Virus record (IMG/VR): IMGVR_UViG_3300028920_000050
Coordinates: 37,395 to 101,394 of that record
Origin: a virus
Reading direction: 5' to 3' (one strand)
DNA: 64,000 bases
Shown here: positions 47,759 to 56,324 of the stretch, one piece after another
Layout: every line of letters begins with the position of its first letter
Numbering within the stretch: the first letter of the stretch is position 1
Translations under genes and position numbers: made by a program
Notes under the pieces: model-generated
What the model was told of the DNA's origin: nothing
What the model saw: the letters and a program-made list of their open reading frames with translations, nothing else
Databases searched by the model: none

Positions 47759-49417
47759 TTAACTTACGAGTTCCGCACTTCCGGAAAAGAAGCCGATCTT
47801 AAAAATAAAGAACTCGACCATCCTTGCCAGTCGCACACCAACCTCAGCATAGGCCATATCTTTTGCAAGAATGGCTTCTGTGTTGAGAGTGGGGTCATCA
47901 ACCCTCAAGTGAATACTTTCAGCAAACACTGGAGAGTAAAACATCCCTGCTGTATTCTTGAGTATCTTGTCAAGCCTCTGATATATAAGCTTCTCAGCAG
48001 CAGGGAGGAACCCTTTGTCCAAGGGACGGAAAACAAAACCCCGTCCGAGTTTCAACATATCACGCTGTATCCACGTTAAGGCCCTCCTGTTAGGAAAGAA
48101 CTTATAATCGTTATCACGTGACAATGTACGCTCACCCCAGGACATAACAATAAGTGTGTCGTCATTCGAGTAAAACTTTCGTACCTCGGATATCCGACCA
48201 GCAAGAAGGTCTTTACCCTCTTCCTCACTTATGTCATGTGACAGACCAAAGGCTCCCTTATCTGTATAAGAACCGTAAGGACTGTTTGAGATCGCAAGAT
48301 TACGTCCGCTTGAAATCCCGCCCTCTTTGAGAAGGGCGATATCCTGGGCGCAGTAACCTCCAATTTCAAAACCACATGCAGGGACTTTAATGAAGTCACC
48401 TGTAGCCTTGACCTGATCATACATTTCGATCCACGGATAAGCAATCTTCATAAACGAATTAATATAATCGTTTATATTGATCTTTTCAGTATCAATAGGA
48501 TACTCAGCGGGGTCTTCACCATAGTCCTTTTTGGACAGTACAATTCCCTTTGAAGAAGCGGAGTTAGGAAGGGTATCACTTGGAAGGGTAGATACAAAAG
48601 GTATATTGTATGCAGCACCGAACTTAACAAGGGCTTCGATATATGAGTCAGTAAAGATTTCAACATTTGCTATAAAATCAATCTTGCTGTAGATCGGAAG
48701 AATTGCGTACATACCTGTCTTGGATGACTTAACACCTATGTAGTCAGCTTCAAGGGCTTCAATACCGTCACTCCCTCCCGCAAGCGTAAATGCCGGACTG
48801 TTATTTCCAGCAGACACACCTTTAGGAAGATTTGAACTCCCGGTACTGTCAACCACATAGATATAGTCAGATCCGAGATCATTTATAACTTCGCCGTTTG
48901 AGTTGTACTTGTTAAGCTCCTTCTCCCAAAAAAGCACATTGTCCGGGTCTTTTGAAAGCGGACCATATGTGATTATGGTGTTGGAGTTTCTGCGTAAGCG
49001 AAGATAGAATAGATCTGACTCGCCAGGAACGGGGGCACATACAACACTGAACTGATTACCTGCAGCGCAGGCATAGTTAAAGTATATGTCACCGATCTTA
49101 GTGTCGCCGTCATCAACGACAGGTATAGTAGCCTGTGTAGGCTGTGCAACTGTAGTAGACGCTTTTAAGCTCTGTACATAACAGACACTTCCACCCGCCC
49201 TGAAGAACGAATAAACAACGTAAGGGAGGTACGCACCGCTTATAAAGCTACCGAACTTGATTTTGTAATCAGTCCAAGAAGTAACTTTAATAGGTACACC
49301 AATGTACCCCCACTCTGTTTTACCTGTAAAAAACGGAGTGGTAGCGGCAACTGATGGAATTGCCCGAGCACCGAACTTGGTCTCCTGATAATAAGCATCA
49401 GCTCTGCCTAGTTTCAT
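47759..49417 (-). CDS. Tail sheath protein
   Basis: FTGKTEWG...P..VTSWTDY...FG, LAGGSDG, YPWI, WGERTL, RMVEFFIFKI. Confidence 0.95.
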   Translation of the reverse strand: MKLGRADAYYQETKFGARAIPSVAATTPFFTGKTEWGYIGVPIKVTSWTDYKIKFGSFISGAYLPYVVYSFFRAGGSVCYVQSLKASTTVAQPTQATIPVVDDGDTKIGDIYFNYACAAGNQFSVVCAPVPGESDLFYLRLRRNSNTIITYGPLSKDPDNVLFWEKELNKYNSNGEVINDLGSDYIYVVDSTGSSNLPKGVSAGNNSPAFTLAGGSDGIEALEADYIGVKSSKTGMYAILPIYSKIDFIANVEIFTDSYIEALVKFGAAYNIPFVSTLPSDTLPNSASSKGIVLSKKDYGEDPAEYPIDTEKININDYINSFMKIAYPWIEMYDQVKATGDFIKVPACGFEIGGYCAQDIALLKEGGISSGRNLAISNSPYGSYTDKGAFGLSHDISEEEGKDLLAGRISEVRKFYSNDDTLIVMSWGERTLSRDNDYKFFPNRRALTWIQRDMLKLGRGFVFRPLDKGFLPAAEKLIYQRLDKILKNTAGMFYSPVFAESIHLRVDDPTLNTEAILAKDMAYAEVGVRLARMVEFFIFKIGFFSGSAELVS

Positions 49418-49419
49418 AG

Positions 49420-50442
49420 TTATGCTCCTGTATTATATTTAGTAAAGATAAAGTTAAAGTTTTGCAGTATTTTGTAAGCTTCATATACATCATGTTTTAG
49501 ATAAATAATTCCTTCATACTCAATAACATTATCCGATATTCCATTATCGTCTCCAACTACATCCAAAGAAGATGCGTTATCTTTACGAATGAAAATCGCA
49601 CGATGTCTCTCCTCGGAACCTACCTGAATTGAAAAAGCCCTGGTCAGCTTATTCATAAGCTGTGAGTACACACCCATACCTGTATACTCATTGTTGGCTC
49701 TAATCAATACCCGTAACCGAAGCTTGTATGGAACAATTTCAGAAACAGGTATGTAGGCTCCCTTTTTTCTGGAGTACAATGCATTAAGCTTAGGCTCACG
49801 CATGTAATCCTCAACAAGACTTACCGCTCGAATAAGTATTGCCGTATAAGGTTTGTCTACGTCTGGTTCTACTGTATAGAACTCACGATCAGGTGTACCG
49901 AAAATAGTTTTACACTTCACATCCATAAAGCCACACTGGAAGTTCTTATGCACTACCAAACTTCCAGCGGGAAAATCTTTACTCAGTGGAGTAGTAAACT
50001 GTACTTCCCGTACACCTTCATCCTGTACTGAATAATCAAGTACTTCTTTGCTTTCAACGTCATTTCCGTTAACCACGTCCACCTCCATCCCGGTGTGGAA
50101 TAGGTCAAGTCTCGGAACCACTACTTTATCTTCACCCGAACTTGCATTCTCCAGTGTTTGATCTACAGGATTTTTGTAAACCGATTCTCTAAACTTATTA
50201 TAAGCTATAATAGTAGATTTGTCAATTTTAAACACTGCATTTAAGAAGGAAACCCCATTATATTCGTTATTTATACTTATTATGGTTTTCTTCTTAAGCA
50301 CAGTACTTAATTCTTTGGTCGCTGTAACTGGTATAATTCTGGTATTTTTTACGCATGTATCCTCAAGTGACACCCGATATAAAGTAGCCACCTTAGTAAA
50401 ATGACGAACCAACTTATCTACTACTTGCTCAAGCGTATACAT
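49420..50442 (-). CDS. Putative tail terminator / neck protein
   Basis: Position directly upstream of sheath. Confidence 0.55.
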   Translation of the reverse strand: MYTLEQVVDKLVRHFTKVATLYRVSLEDTCVKNTRIIPVTATKELSTVLKKKTIISINNEYNGVSFLNAVFKIDKSTIIAYNKFRESVYKNPVDQTLENASSGEDKVVVPRLDLFHTGMEVDVVNGNDVESKEVLDYSVQDEGVREVQFTTPLSKDFPAGSLVVHKNFQCGFMDVKCKTIFGTPDREFYTVEPDVDKPYTAILIRAVSLVEDYMREPKLNALYSRKKGAYIPVSEIVPYKLRLRVLIRANNEYTGMGVYSQLMNKLTRAFSIQVGSEERHRAIFIRKDNASSLDVVGDDNGISDNVIEYEGIIYLKHDVYEAYKILQNFNFIFTKYNTGA

Positions 50443-50911
50443 TATAAACTAATCTCCAAGTTGCCCGCCTTCCTTTCTTTGACCTCTTAAATGCCGGCTC
50501 AAGATGAGGGCGCTGTGCTTCAAGTATCTCCCCAAGTTCAGCATAACTTAAAGTAGTCCCTGGCACCTTAACGTAAGGGGAAGGCCCAACAAAAACAGAA
50601 TTACTATTACGAGCTACTTTAAAAACACGTATACTATCAAGATACCCTTTTGTAGAAATAAGTATCCTCCTATCCTTACCCTCCCTGACTTTTCTTTTAA
50701 GATAACTCAACTTAAGAGGTATGTTAGCACCAGGAAAATCCTGTGCTTTAATTATATTAACAAGCATATCCCTGTACATCTGTGCATTAACAGCAGGTGC
50801 TCTGTTCTTAAGAGTTTTCATCCTATTTACTTTTTCATTAAAAACATTACGAAGTAAATATGCTCCCCGTATTACTGACTTTGTTCTTAACTTCGGACCT
50901 GCGTAAGCCAT
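50429..50911 (-). CDS. Putative tail completion / neck protein (basic)
   Basis: PLKxSYLxRK...LIxTxxY...LExxRPHLxPA pattern; likely start MAYAGP. Confidence 0.65.
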   Translation of the reverse strand: MAYAGPKLRTKSVIRGAYLLRNVFNEKVNRMKTLKNRAPAVNAQMYRDMLVNIIKAQDFPGANIPLKLSYLKRKVREGKDRRILISTKGYLDSIRVFKVARNSNSVFVGPSPYVKVPGTTLSYAELGEILEAQRPHLEPAFKRSKKGRRATWRLVYNVYA

Positions 50912-50912
50912 G

Positions 50913-51434
50913 TTAACCCTCGAAATAAATATCAAAACCCATAGGCTCACCCTGCCACCGGCTATGAGGCTCTACACGACTTACAGTTTTAGTAATCTTT
51001 TTACCTAACTCAGTATATGTAATCTTAGCACCTACCCACTCTTCCTTATTAAGTGGAAGTTTTGCACTCCTTAACTGATCAATTATTGTAACGAGATCTC
51101 CAGTAACCTCACTCTGCTTAGCCCCGCCATCCCCCTCAACAATATCTGTATAAGTTGTAGACATTAAACAATAAAACTTTCTTGGATACTTATACTTCTT
51201 AACAATACTATCAGCTGGCCTGTCGGTCGCCACAGGTGTATTGGATGGCTCCACTTCCGGTGAAAAGATATCTATGTCATCGTAATCTTCAGTTTCAACA
51301 TCATCCTGATCCAGTTCAGATGGTTTAGTTATCATGCTGTGCGTTCTTTTATTATCGAATATAGCCACCTTGACAATCTGTCCATAACCGATAAGTAATT
51401 TAGTAGCTGCTCTTACGAGCTTTTCTTTTGTCAT
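50913..51434 (-). CDS. Putative head closure protein
   Basis: Position in neck module. Confidence 0.5.
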   Translation of the reverse strand: MTKEKLVRAATKLLIGYGQIVKVAIFDNKRTHSMITKPSELDQDDVETEDYDDIDIFSPEVEPSNTPVATDRPADSIVKKYKYPRKFYCLMSTTYTDIVEGDGGAKQSEVTGDLVTIIDQLRSAKLPLNKEEWVGAKITYTELGKKITKTVSRVEPHSRWQGEPMGFDIYFEG

Positions 51435-52546
51435 TTTGTTATGACAAGCTCCTTACTTTTAATAACAGTATTCTGCATGTTAAGTGCAACAATTTTAAAA
51501 TATTTACTTTGTCCTTCACTTAACCCTGCATAAAAATCAGCCATAACATACTCAGGATACTGACTGTCTGTTATAGTTGTTTCAAGCGTAACACTCTCAG
51601 GCATATCCGCAATCTTCATTGGAACATGAAAGCTTTCAGTATGCGAGTACACTCTGTACTCTTTAAAATCAGCACCCCTTAACTGTGTCCAGTTAAGAAT
51701 AAGATCATTTCTAAGTTTAGTAAACTTAATTTCAATTCGCTGACTAGCCTCAATATTCCTTAATGGTATTTCATTTCCTGTTATACTATCTACAACAGTT
51801 TTGTGTCCTATAACCACTTCAGGCATAGAACCTGTTCCGTCATCAATGAACTTCTTGGCAAGATCCTGGTACTGCTTGGCCATGTCATGCCAATGCTTAG
51901 CAATACTCTGCACATCCTGACTGAGGCTTGTATCGGATGTAATTGATATCTTTCCAAGATTTACTGTTTCTTTTTCAATGACCGTAAGCTTTGACACAGA
52001 CTCAAGTAAAGCTGCTCCCCGTTTGTTACATAGGCCCATAGCCGCAAGCCACTTGACATAAACAAGTTCACTGGGGTCAAGATCTTCTACGTCATATCCT
52101 TCTTTAACCAGGGAAACCGCATCCTCTATAGCGGTATCATATACATAGTTAGGATAGAAACTGCTTACATACAGGTCTACCCCCGGTGTTCTGGTTTCAG
52201 GATTGTCGTCATTGAATATAATAGATGTTTTTGGCTGATAAAAAAGACCTGTTATGTTATAGGATATAACAATGTTAGGATCAAGGTCCACCTTCATGCC
52301 TGGGATAGCTGTGTAGTGTTTTATAAGATCAAGTAAAGTAACCACATCCGTACTCGTAAACAATACTTCATGAGTTGTCTCGTTAGTGTCACCTTCCCCA
52401 AGAATAACCTTTATACGATCAGCTGTTATTTCTACAGAAGCTTTATCTTTTTCACCTTCATACTGAAAGCGGGCAAACTTTCTCCGCTCAAACTCGTCAG
52501 CAATAGTGACCCGAAGATCGTTACGCAGTTTTTCCAAGTTTGTCAT
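51431..52546 (-). CDS. Putative head-tail adaptor with C-terminal FnIII-like domain
   Basis: LRVTIAD N-terminus; LNWT...FKEYRVY...YFKIVA. Confidence 0.6.
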   Translation of the reverse strand: MTNLEKLRNDLRVTIADEFERRKFARFQYEGEKDKASVEITADRIKVILGEGDTNETTHEVLFTSTDVVTLLDLIKHYTAIPGMKVDLDPNIVISYNITGLFYQPKTSIIFNDDNPETRTPGVDLYVSSFYPNYVYDTAIEDAVSLVKEGYDVEDLDPSELVYVKWLAAMGLCNKRGAALLESVSKLTVIEKETVNLGKISITSDTSLSQDVQSIAKHWHDMAKQYQDLAKKFIDDGTGSMPEVVIGHKTVVDSITGNEIPLRNIEASQRIEIKFTKLRNDLILNWTQLRGADFKEYRVYSHTESFHVPMKIADMPESVTLETTITDSQYPEYVMADFYAGLSEGQSKYFKIVALNMQNTVIKSKELVITK

Positions 52547-53714
52547 TATTTAAGACCTCATTTATTTTTTTAATTATCCTTTTAGGATTTAACTTAAGCA
52601 TGCACTCACCCTGAAGCTTTCCGTTTATAAGACATTTATTATGCCAGCTTCGTATGTTACTCCAACAGGGACGATCCTTGCACTTAATGCCGGCATTTAC
52701 TACATTAAGATTTTTATGTCCCCATATCTTATAGGGAGTCGGACCGTAGATACACACATTCCGTACATTATAGAGTGAAGCAATATGGGTAAGGAACCCG
52801 TCTACTCCTATATACAGATCACAGTTCTTTATGTAGCCTACTGCCTGTTGAAGTGCTGTAGTTCCGACAAGTGATTTAACTCCAGGTATTATATTGGTAA
52901 ACTTGTCACCAACTTGATACACCTTATAGTTTATGTTTTCAAGGTACTCTACTACCTCTTTGAATAAGTTTACAGGATAACTCTTTACTTGTGTGCCTCC
53001 CGCCCCGTCACATACAATGACTGCATGTTTTTCTTGTGTTATTGGATAATCACAAGAAGTAGGTATGTCGAACCACATATCTTCTTCACGCACTTCAATA
53101 CCTATACTTTTTTTGTATACATCTGTCCACCACAAACCTGACTTCTTGATCCATTCATAACTCGACATTTTCTTATTATAAAAATGTAGCCTTCTGAACT
53201 TATCAGATTTTTTTAATTCTGGATATTTTTCTGGAAGTTTAGGATTGAAATACCACACTTCTGCATCCGGTTTAGTTGCAAAGAACATATCGAAATCATA
53301 TATATTCCTTTTAAAAAATATATCCTCACCGGAATAGCAATTATGCAGTCTTGCTTGATTAATATGTGGAAATCTTCGCAGCATCTGAATGAACTGCGGT
53401 GTCGTGTACCATGTTATAAAGGCATCAGGATACTTTCTCCTGATGCCTGTAGCTATAGCTGTACCAAGTAAAACATCACCATACCCTCCGTTACGCATAA
53501 TACCTATACGTAAGTGAGGTGATGTGGGCTGGTCCCCAGCCGTACTGCTTATGCGCTTATTATCATCAACAGCACAAAACTGATCGCTATTACATAAATG
53601 ATTATATAGGTGTGCTTCTAAATTACCAGTAGGCCCACGTCTAAAGGTATAACGGTTCTTACCTAATATAAAACTAACATCCTTTAGACAGAACAGCTCT
53701 TTAGACTTTTCCAC
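52521..53714 (-). CDS. Glycosyltransferase family 9 (ADP-heptose:LPS heptosyltransferase-like)
   Basis: GGYGDVLLGT..IRRKYPDAFI, KSYP, YQVG, YIGVDGFLTHIA, IYGPT; probable GTG start at 53714 (ORF-track start overlaps upstream gene by about 200 nt). Confidence 0.88.
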   Translation of the reverse strand: MEKSKELFCLKDVSFILGKNRYTFRRGPTGNLEAHLYNHLCNSDQFCAVDDNKRISSTAGDQPTSPHLRIGIMRNGGYGDVLLGTAIATGIRRKYPDAFITWYTTPQFIQMLRRFPHINQARLHNCYSGEDIFFKRNIYDFDMFFATKPDAEVWYFNPKLPEKYPELKKSDKFRRLHFYNKKMSSYEWIKKSGLWWTDVYKKSIGIEVREEDMWFDIPTSCDYPITQEKHAVIVCDGAGGTQVKSYPVNLFKEVVEYLENINYKVYQVGDKFTNIIPGVKSLVGTTALQQAVGYIKNCDLYIGVDGFLTHIASLYNVRNVCIYGPTPYKIWGHKNLNVVNAGIKCKDRPCWSNIRSWHNKCLINGKLQGECMLKLNPKRIIKKINEVLNNDKLGKTA

Positions 53715-54309
53715 CCTTTTCAAGGACAAATAAGATTTTGTTCGGTACTCGTAACCTGGCTCCCTTCCTGTAGGGACCGTACCATGTTCCATTACCCCGC
53801 TGTGCGGAACCATAAAAGAAACGTGGAACATCTTCAACAAGACGAACAGTAACCATTTCGTTTGGATCATTGACCCTCCTCCCTGCTCCAAGGTCACCTA
53901 AGACCTGGATGCTTGTATCGGTTTTGGTGGGTTCTTCTTTACTGGCATCGTCTGCTTGCTTTTTAAGTGCTGCCTTTCCTTCATCTGTCATAGACACCTT
54001 ACCTTCAGGGTAAGTAGCATTAGACTCAGGTTTTGTTTCTTTAAGTTCTTTTTCTGTAGGTTCTCCGTCAACCGCATCTACATCTTCAATAAGATCTTCA
54101 CCTGTAGGCTCATCAGCCGCAGTTAACGGCCTACTCTTTTCAATACGCTTATTTACTTTTTTAGCGGACTTCTTCCCCATACCCCTTGCCTTCTTTATGG
54201 CTGCGATTGCTCTTTTGAGGTCACTATCTGCCCAATCCTCGCGGATCGGTTCATCATTAGTTATTTTATTCCATTCTGCAACAAGGTTTGCATTAAGTTT
54301 ATCAGACAT
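53701..54309 (-). CDS. Capsid-adjacent hypothetical protein
   Basis: Follows MCP; acidic linker; small C-terminal VRLVEDV...G...YRKG...VP domain. Confidence 0.7.
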   Translation of the reverse strand: MSDKLNANLVAEWNKITNDEPIREDWADSDLKRAIAAIKKARGMGKKSAKKVNKRIEKSRPLTAADEPTGEDLIEDVDAVDGEPTEKELKETKPESNATYPEGKVSMTDEGKAALKKQADDASKEEPTKTDTSIQVLGDLGAGRRVNDPNEMVTVRLVEDVPRFFYGSAQRGNGTWYGPYRKGARLRVPNKILFVLEKGGKV

Positions 54310-54327
54310 TTTTTCTCCTTATTATAA

Positions 54328-54374
54328 TGCCCTCCCGCAAAAAATGTAAGATATTACATTTTTGCGGGAGGGCA
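54328..54374 (-). terminator. Post-MCP hairpin containing palindrome copy
   Basis: TGCCCTCCCGCAAAAAATGTAA-GATA-TTACATTTTTGCGGGAGGGCA. Confidence 0.7.
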
Positions 54375-54386
54375 GTTTAGGCCCTT

Positions 54387-55301
54387 TTAGGCAGTATAAA
54401 TATTTACGATATTTTCGGAAGTGATAATTCCCGAACCGTACATACCGTAGTGTGCCAGAGCACGCTTCCTCTGGAAGTCCTCAATACCGTTATCCCGCAT
54501 TTCAACGGGAAGCCCTACAGCGTAGCCTACGGCATATTCACCAAAGATGACAGCCTGATAGACGTTTACTGCGGCAGAGCCGGTAATGATGGGCATGACA
54601 GTTGTTTCAATGAAGATAACATTATCGTACATGCCAGTTTCGCCCAGGAAGATGTTCCTTGCGCCTGCGTACTTGTTTGCAGATACCCACTCAGCATCAT
54701 CTTTGAGGCCACGTGCCTGATGGGGATGTAAGAAACAAACAAAGTACTGACCGACAACCTCATAAGCGTTGTTAGTCCGCAGAACCTCAACCGCATCCTT
54801 AATAATTGTGGTGTTGAACAGATCGGTTGCTATAATTTCATTTACAGCAGTCCGTCCGTTAGGAAACACCGTATTAAGAGATGAGAGATAAGAGTTCTTT
54901 GCCAGCCGGTCAGCAAGGTGACCATAGTTCCGCCCGAGAAGAACGGAAGCGTCCTGCATCGTGTTTGTAAACGAAGCTTTCAACAGCTTGTTTGAAACTG
55001 CTACCGCTTTTGCGTACTCAGTAACAGTGATCTGGATGCGGGAGCTTTCCAGTGCCTCGGTTTCAATCGGAATATGTTCCTGCAGTTCTTCGTCACCTTC
55101 GGAAAGGTTGTTATACTTTGTAAAGTTGATCGTCAGACCGGGGGCATTAAGCAGTTCCGTTTTCTGATTAACGAACTGCTGAAAGCGAAGTACAGGCTCA
55201 GCCTGGAACAGAAGCTCCATGCTGTATACTTCTTTAATGTTGTTAGGGAGTGCTTTATACCCTGAACCAACATCGGTTGCAGTTGCAGTAATAAAGTTCA
55301 T
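54387..55301 (-). CDS. Major capsid protein (N4-gp56-like family, HK97 fold)
   Basis: LRFQQF...PGLTINFTKY..L, ITVTEY, YVCxxHPHQ-like motif, GETGMYDNVIFIET, DFQRKRALA. Confidence 0.92.
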   Translation of the reverse strand: MNFITATATDVGSGYKALPNNIKEVYSMELLFQAEPVLRFQQFVNQKTELLNAPGLTINFTKYNNLSEGDEELQEHIPIETEALESSRIQITVTEYAKAVAVSNKLLKASFTNTMQDASVLLGRNYGHLADRLAKNSYLSSLNTVFPNGRTAVNEIIATDLFNTTIIKDAVEVLRTNNAYEVVGQYFVCFLHPHQARGLKDDAEWVSANKYAGARNIFLGETGMYDNVIFIETTVMPIITGSAAVNVYQAVIFGEYAVGYAVGLPVEMRDNGIEDFQRKRALAHYGMYGSGIITSENIVNIYTA

Positions 55302-55338
55302 ACTTTACTCCTCGAAGTTATTTTGATATTAGAAATTT

Positions 55339-56253
55339 TTAACCAGTCATCTCCGTCGAGCTTTTTGCTGCTTCAGTGAGTAATTCCTTTCTTTTCTGCT
55401 TATAGTCTTTCATGTCGGTCGGGACTTGAATGTTGCCATTCCCCGCCGCACTCGAATTGTCGATGTTTTGTCCAGCATTTTGCGGTACACTAATTTTTTG
55501 ATCGGAAGGGGATGCTCCCTGATCTGCACCAGTAGCTTTTCTAATATTAGCAATAACATCCTGCAACTGCTCAGGCTTAACTCCCAGTGTTTGTGCAAAA
55601 GCACTGGTCTGTTGAGCCTTAACAGCTTGTGCTGTCTTGAATGATTCATTTAATTCATCTATAGTATTACCTTGGACAAGCTCAGGAATGATATCGTCAC
55701 GTACTTTCCCGTCAGGTGTTTTGATAATAGTATTCCTGTACGATGAGAGATCATTCTTATTAAGCCGTTCTGTTATAGAACCAATAGCCTGTGTAACTTG
55801 TGTTATCTGGTTGTTGAACATTTCATTCTGCTTGCGAAGTGTCTCCGCAAGTTGCTCATCAGGCTTAAGTGAATTGAAGTTTTCCTGGTCCTTTTTTTTC
55901 TGAGCTTCCTGTGCTGCTTTCTCAGCATCAGCTTTCGCTTGAGTGAGAGTCTGAACCTGCTTTGTCAAGTTTTCGATCTCACCGTAATGCTGTGACTTAA
56001 AAGTTTCAGCAGCAGTCTTTGTTGCGTTCTCGGTAATATTTTTAGTAAGATCAGGGAGTAAGCCACTTACTGACTCCGCCACGATCTTAGTTATGTCCTC
56101 AGTTGTTGGTGCTTTTGGCTTATTGTCTCCGCCATCTGCTGGTTTCTGATTTTTTTGCCATGCTTCTAACGCTTTGTTTACAACTCCGGTAATAGCTTCA
56201 GCTGTTAATCCTACGTTATTAGTGTTTCCACTGTCATCATTAGTCTCTGCCAT
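55339..56253 (-). CDS. Capsid scaffolding protein
   Basis: Coiled-coil Q/E/K-rich protein directly upstream of MCP; IIPELVQGNTIDEL. Confidence 0.8.
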   Translation of the reverse strand: MAETNDDSGNTNNVGLTAEAITGVVNKALEAWQKNQKPADGGDNKPKAPTTEDITKIVAESVSGLLPDLTKNITENATKTAAETFKSQHYGEIENLTKQVQTLTQAKADAEKAAQEAQKKKDQENFNSLKPDEQLAETLRKQNEMFNNQITQVTQAIGSITERLNKNDLSSYRNTIIKTPDGKVRDDIIPELVQGNTIDELNESFKTAQAVKAQQTSAFAQTLGVKPEQLQDVIANIRKATGADQGASPSDQKISVPQNAGQNIDNSSAAGNGNIQVPTDMKDYKQKRKELLTEAAKSSTEMTG

Positions 56254-56281
56254 AGATCCTCTCCTTTGTTAGTATACTACT

Positions 56282-56311
56282 ATTATAACACAAAATAATA
56301 GTTTTTTGCAA
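56282..56311 (-). promoter_or_regulatory. Sigma70-type promoter for scaffold/MCP
   Basis: TTGCAA-N18-TATAAT with extended -10 (TGtTATAAT). Confidence 0.6.
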
Positions 56312-56324
56312 GTAAAAACTTAAT

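Noticed and set aside
41629-49417. Extracellular contractile injection system or tailocin rather than phage
   Set aside because: Portal, scaffold, MCP and terminase are present in the same co-oriented block
53715-53897. N-terminal 61 aa of the annotated GT9 ORF
   Set aside because: Overlaps the C-terminus of 53701..54309; an in-frame GTG at 53714 gives a normal short overlap
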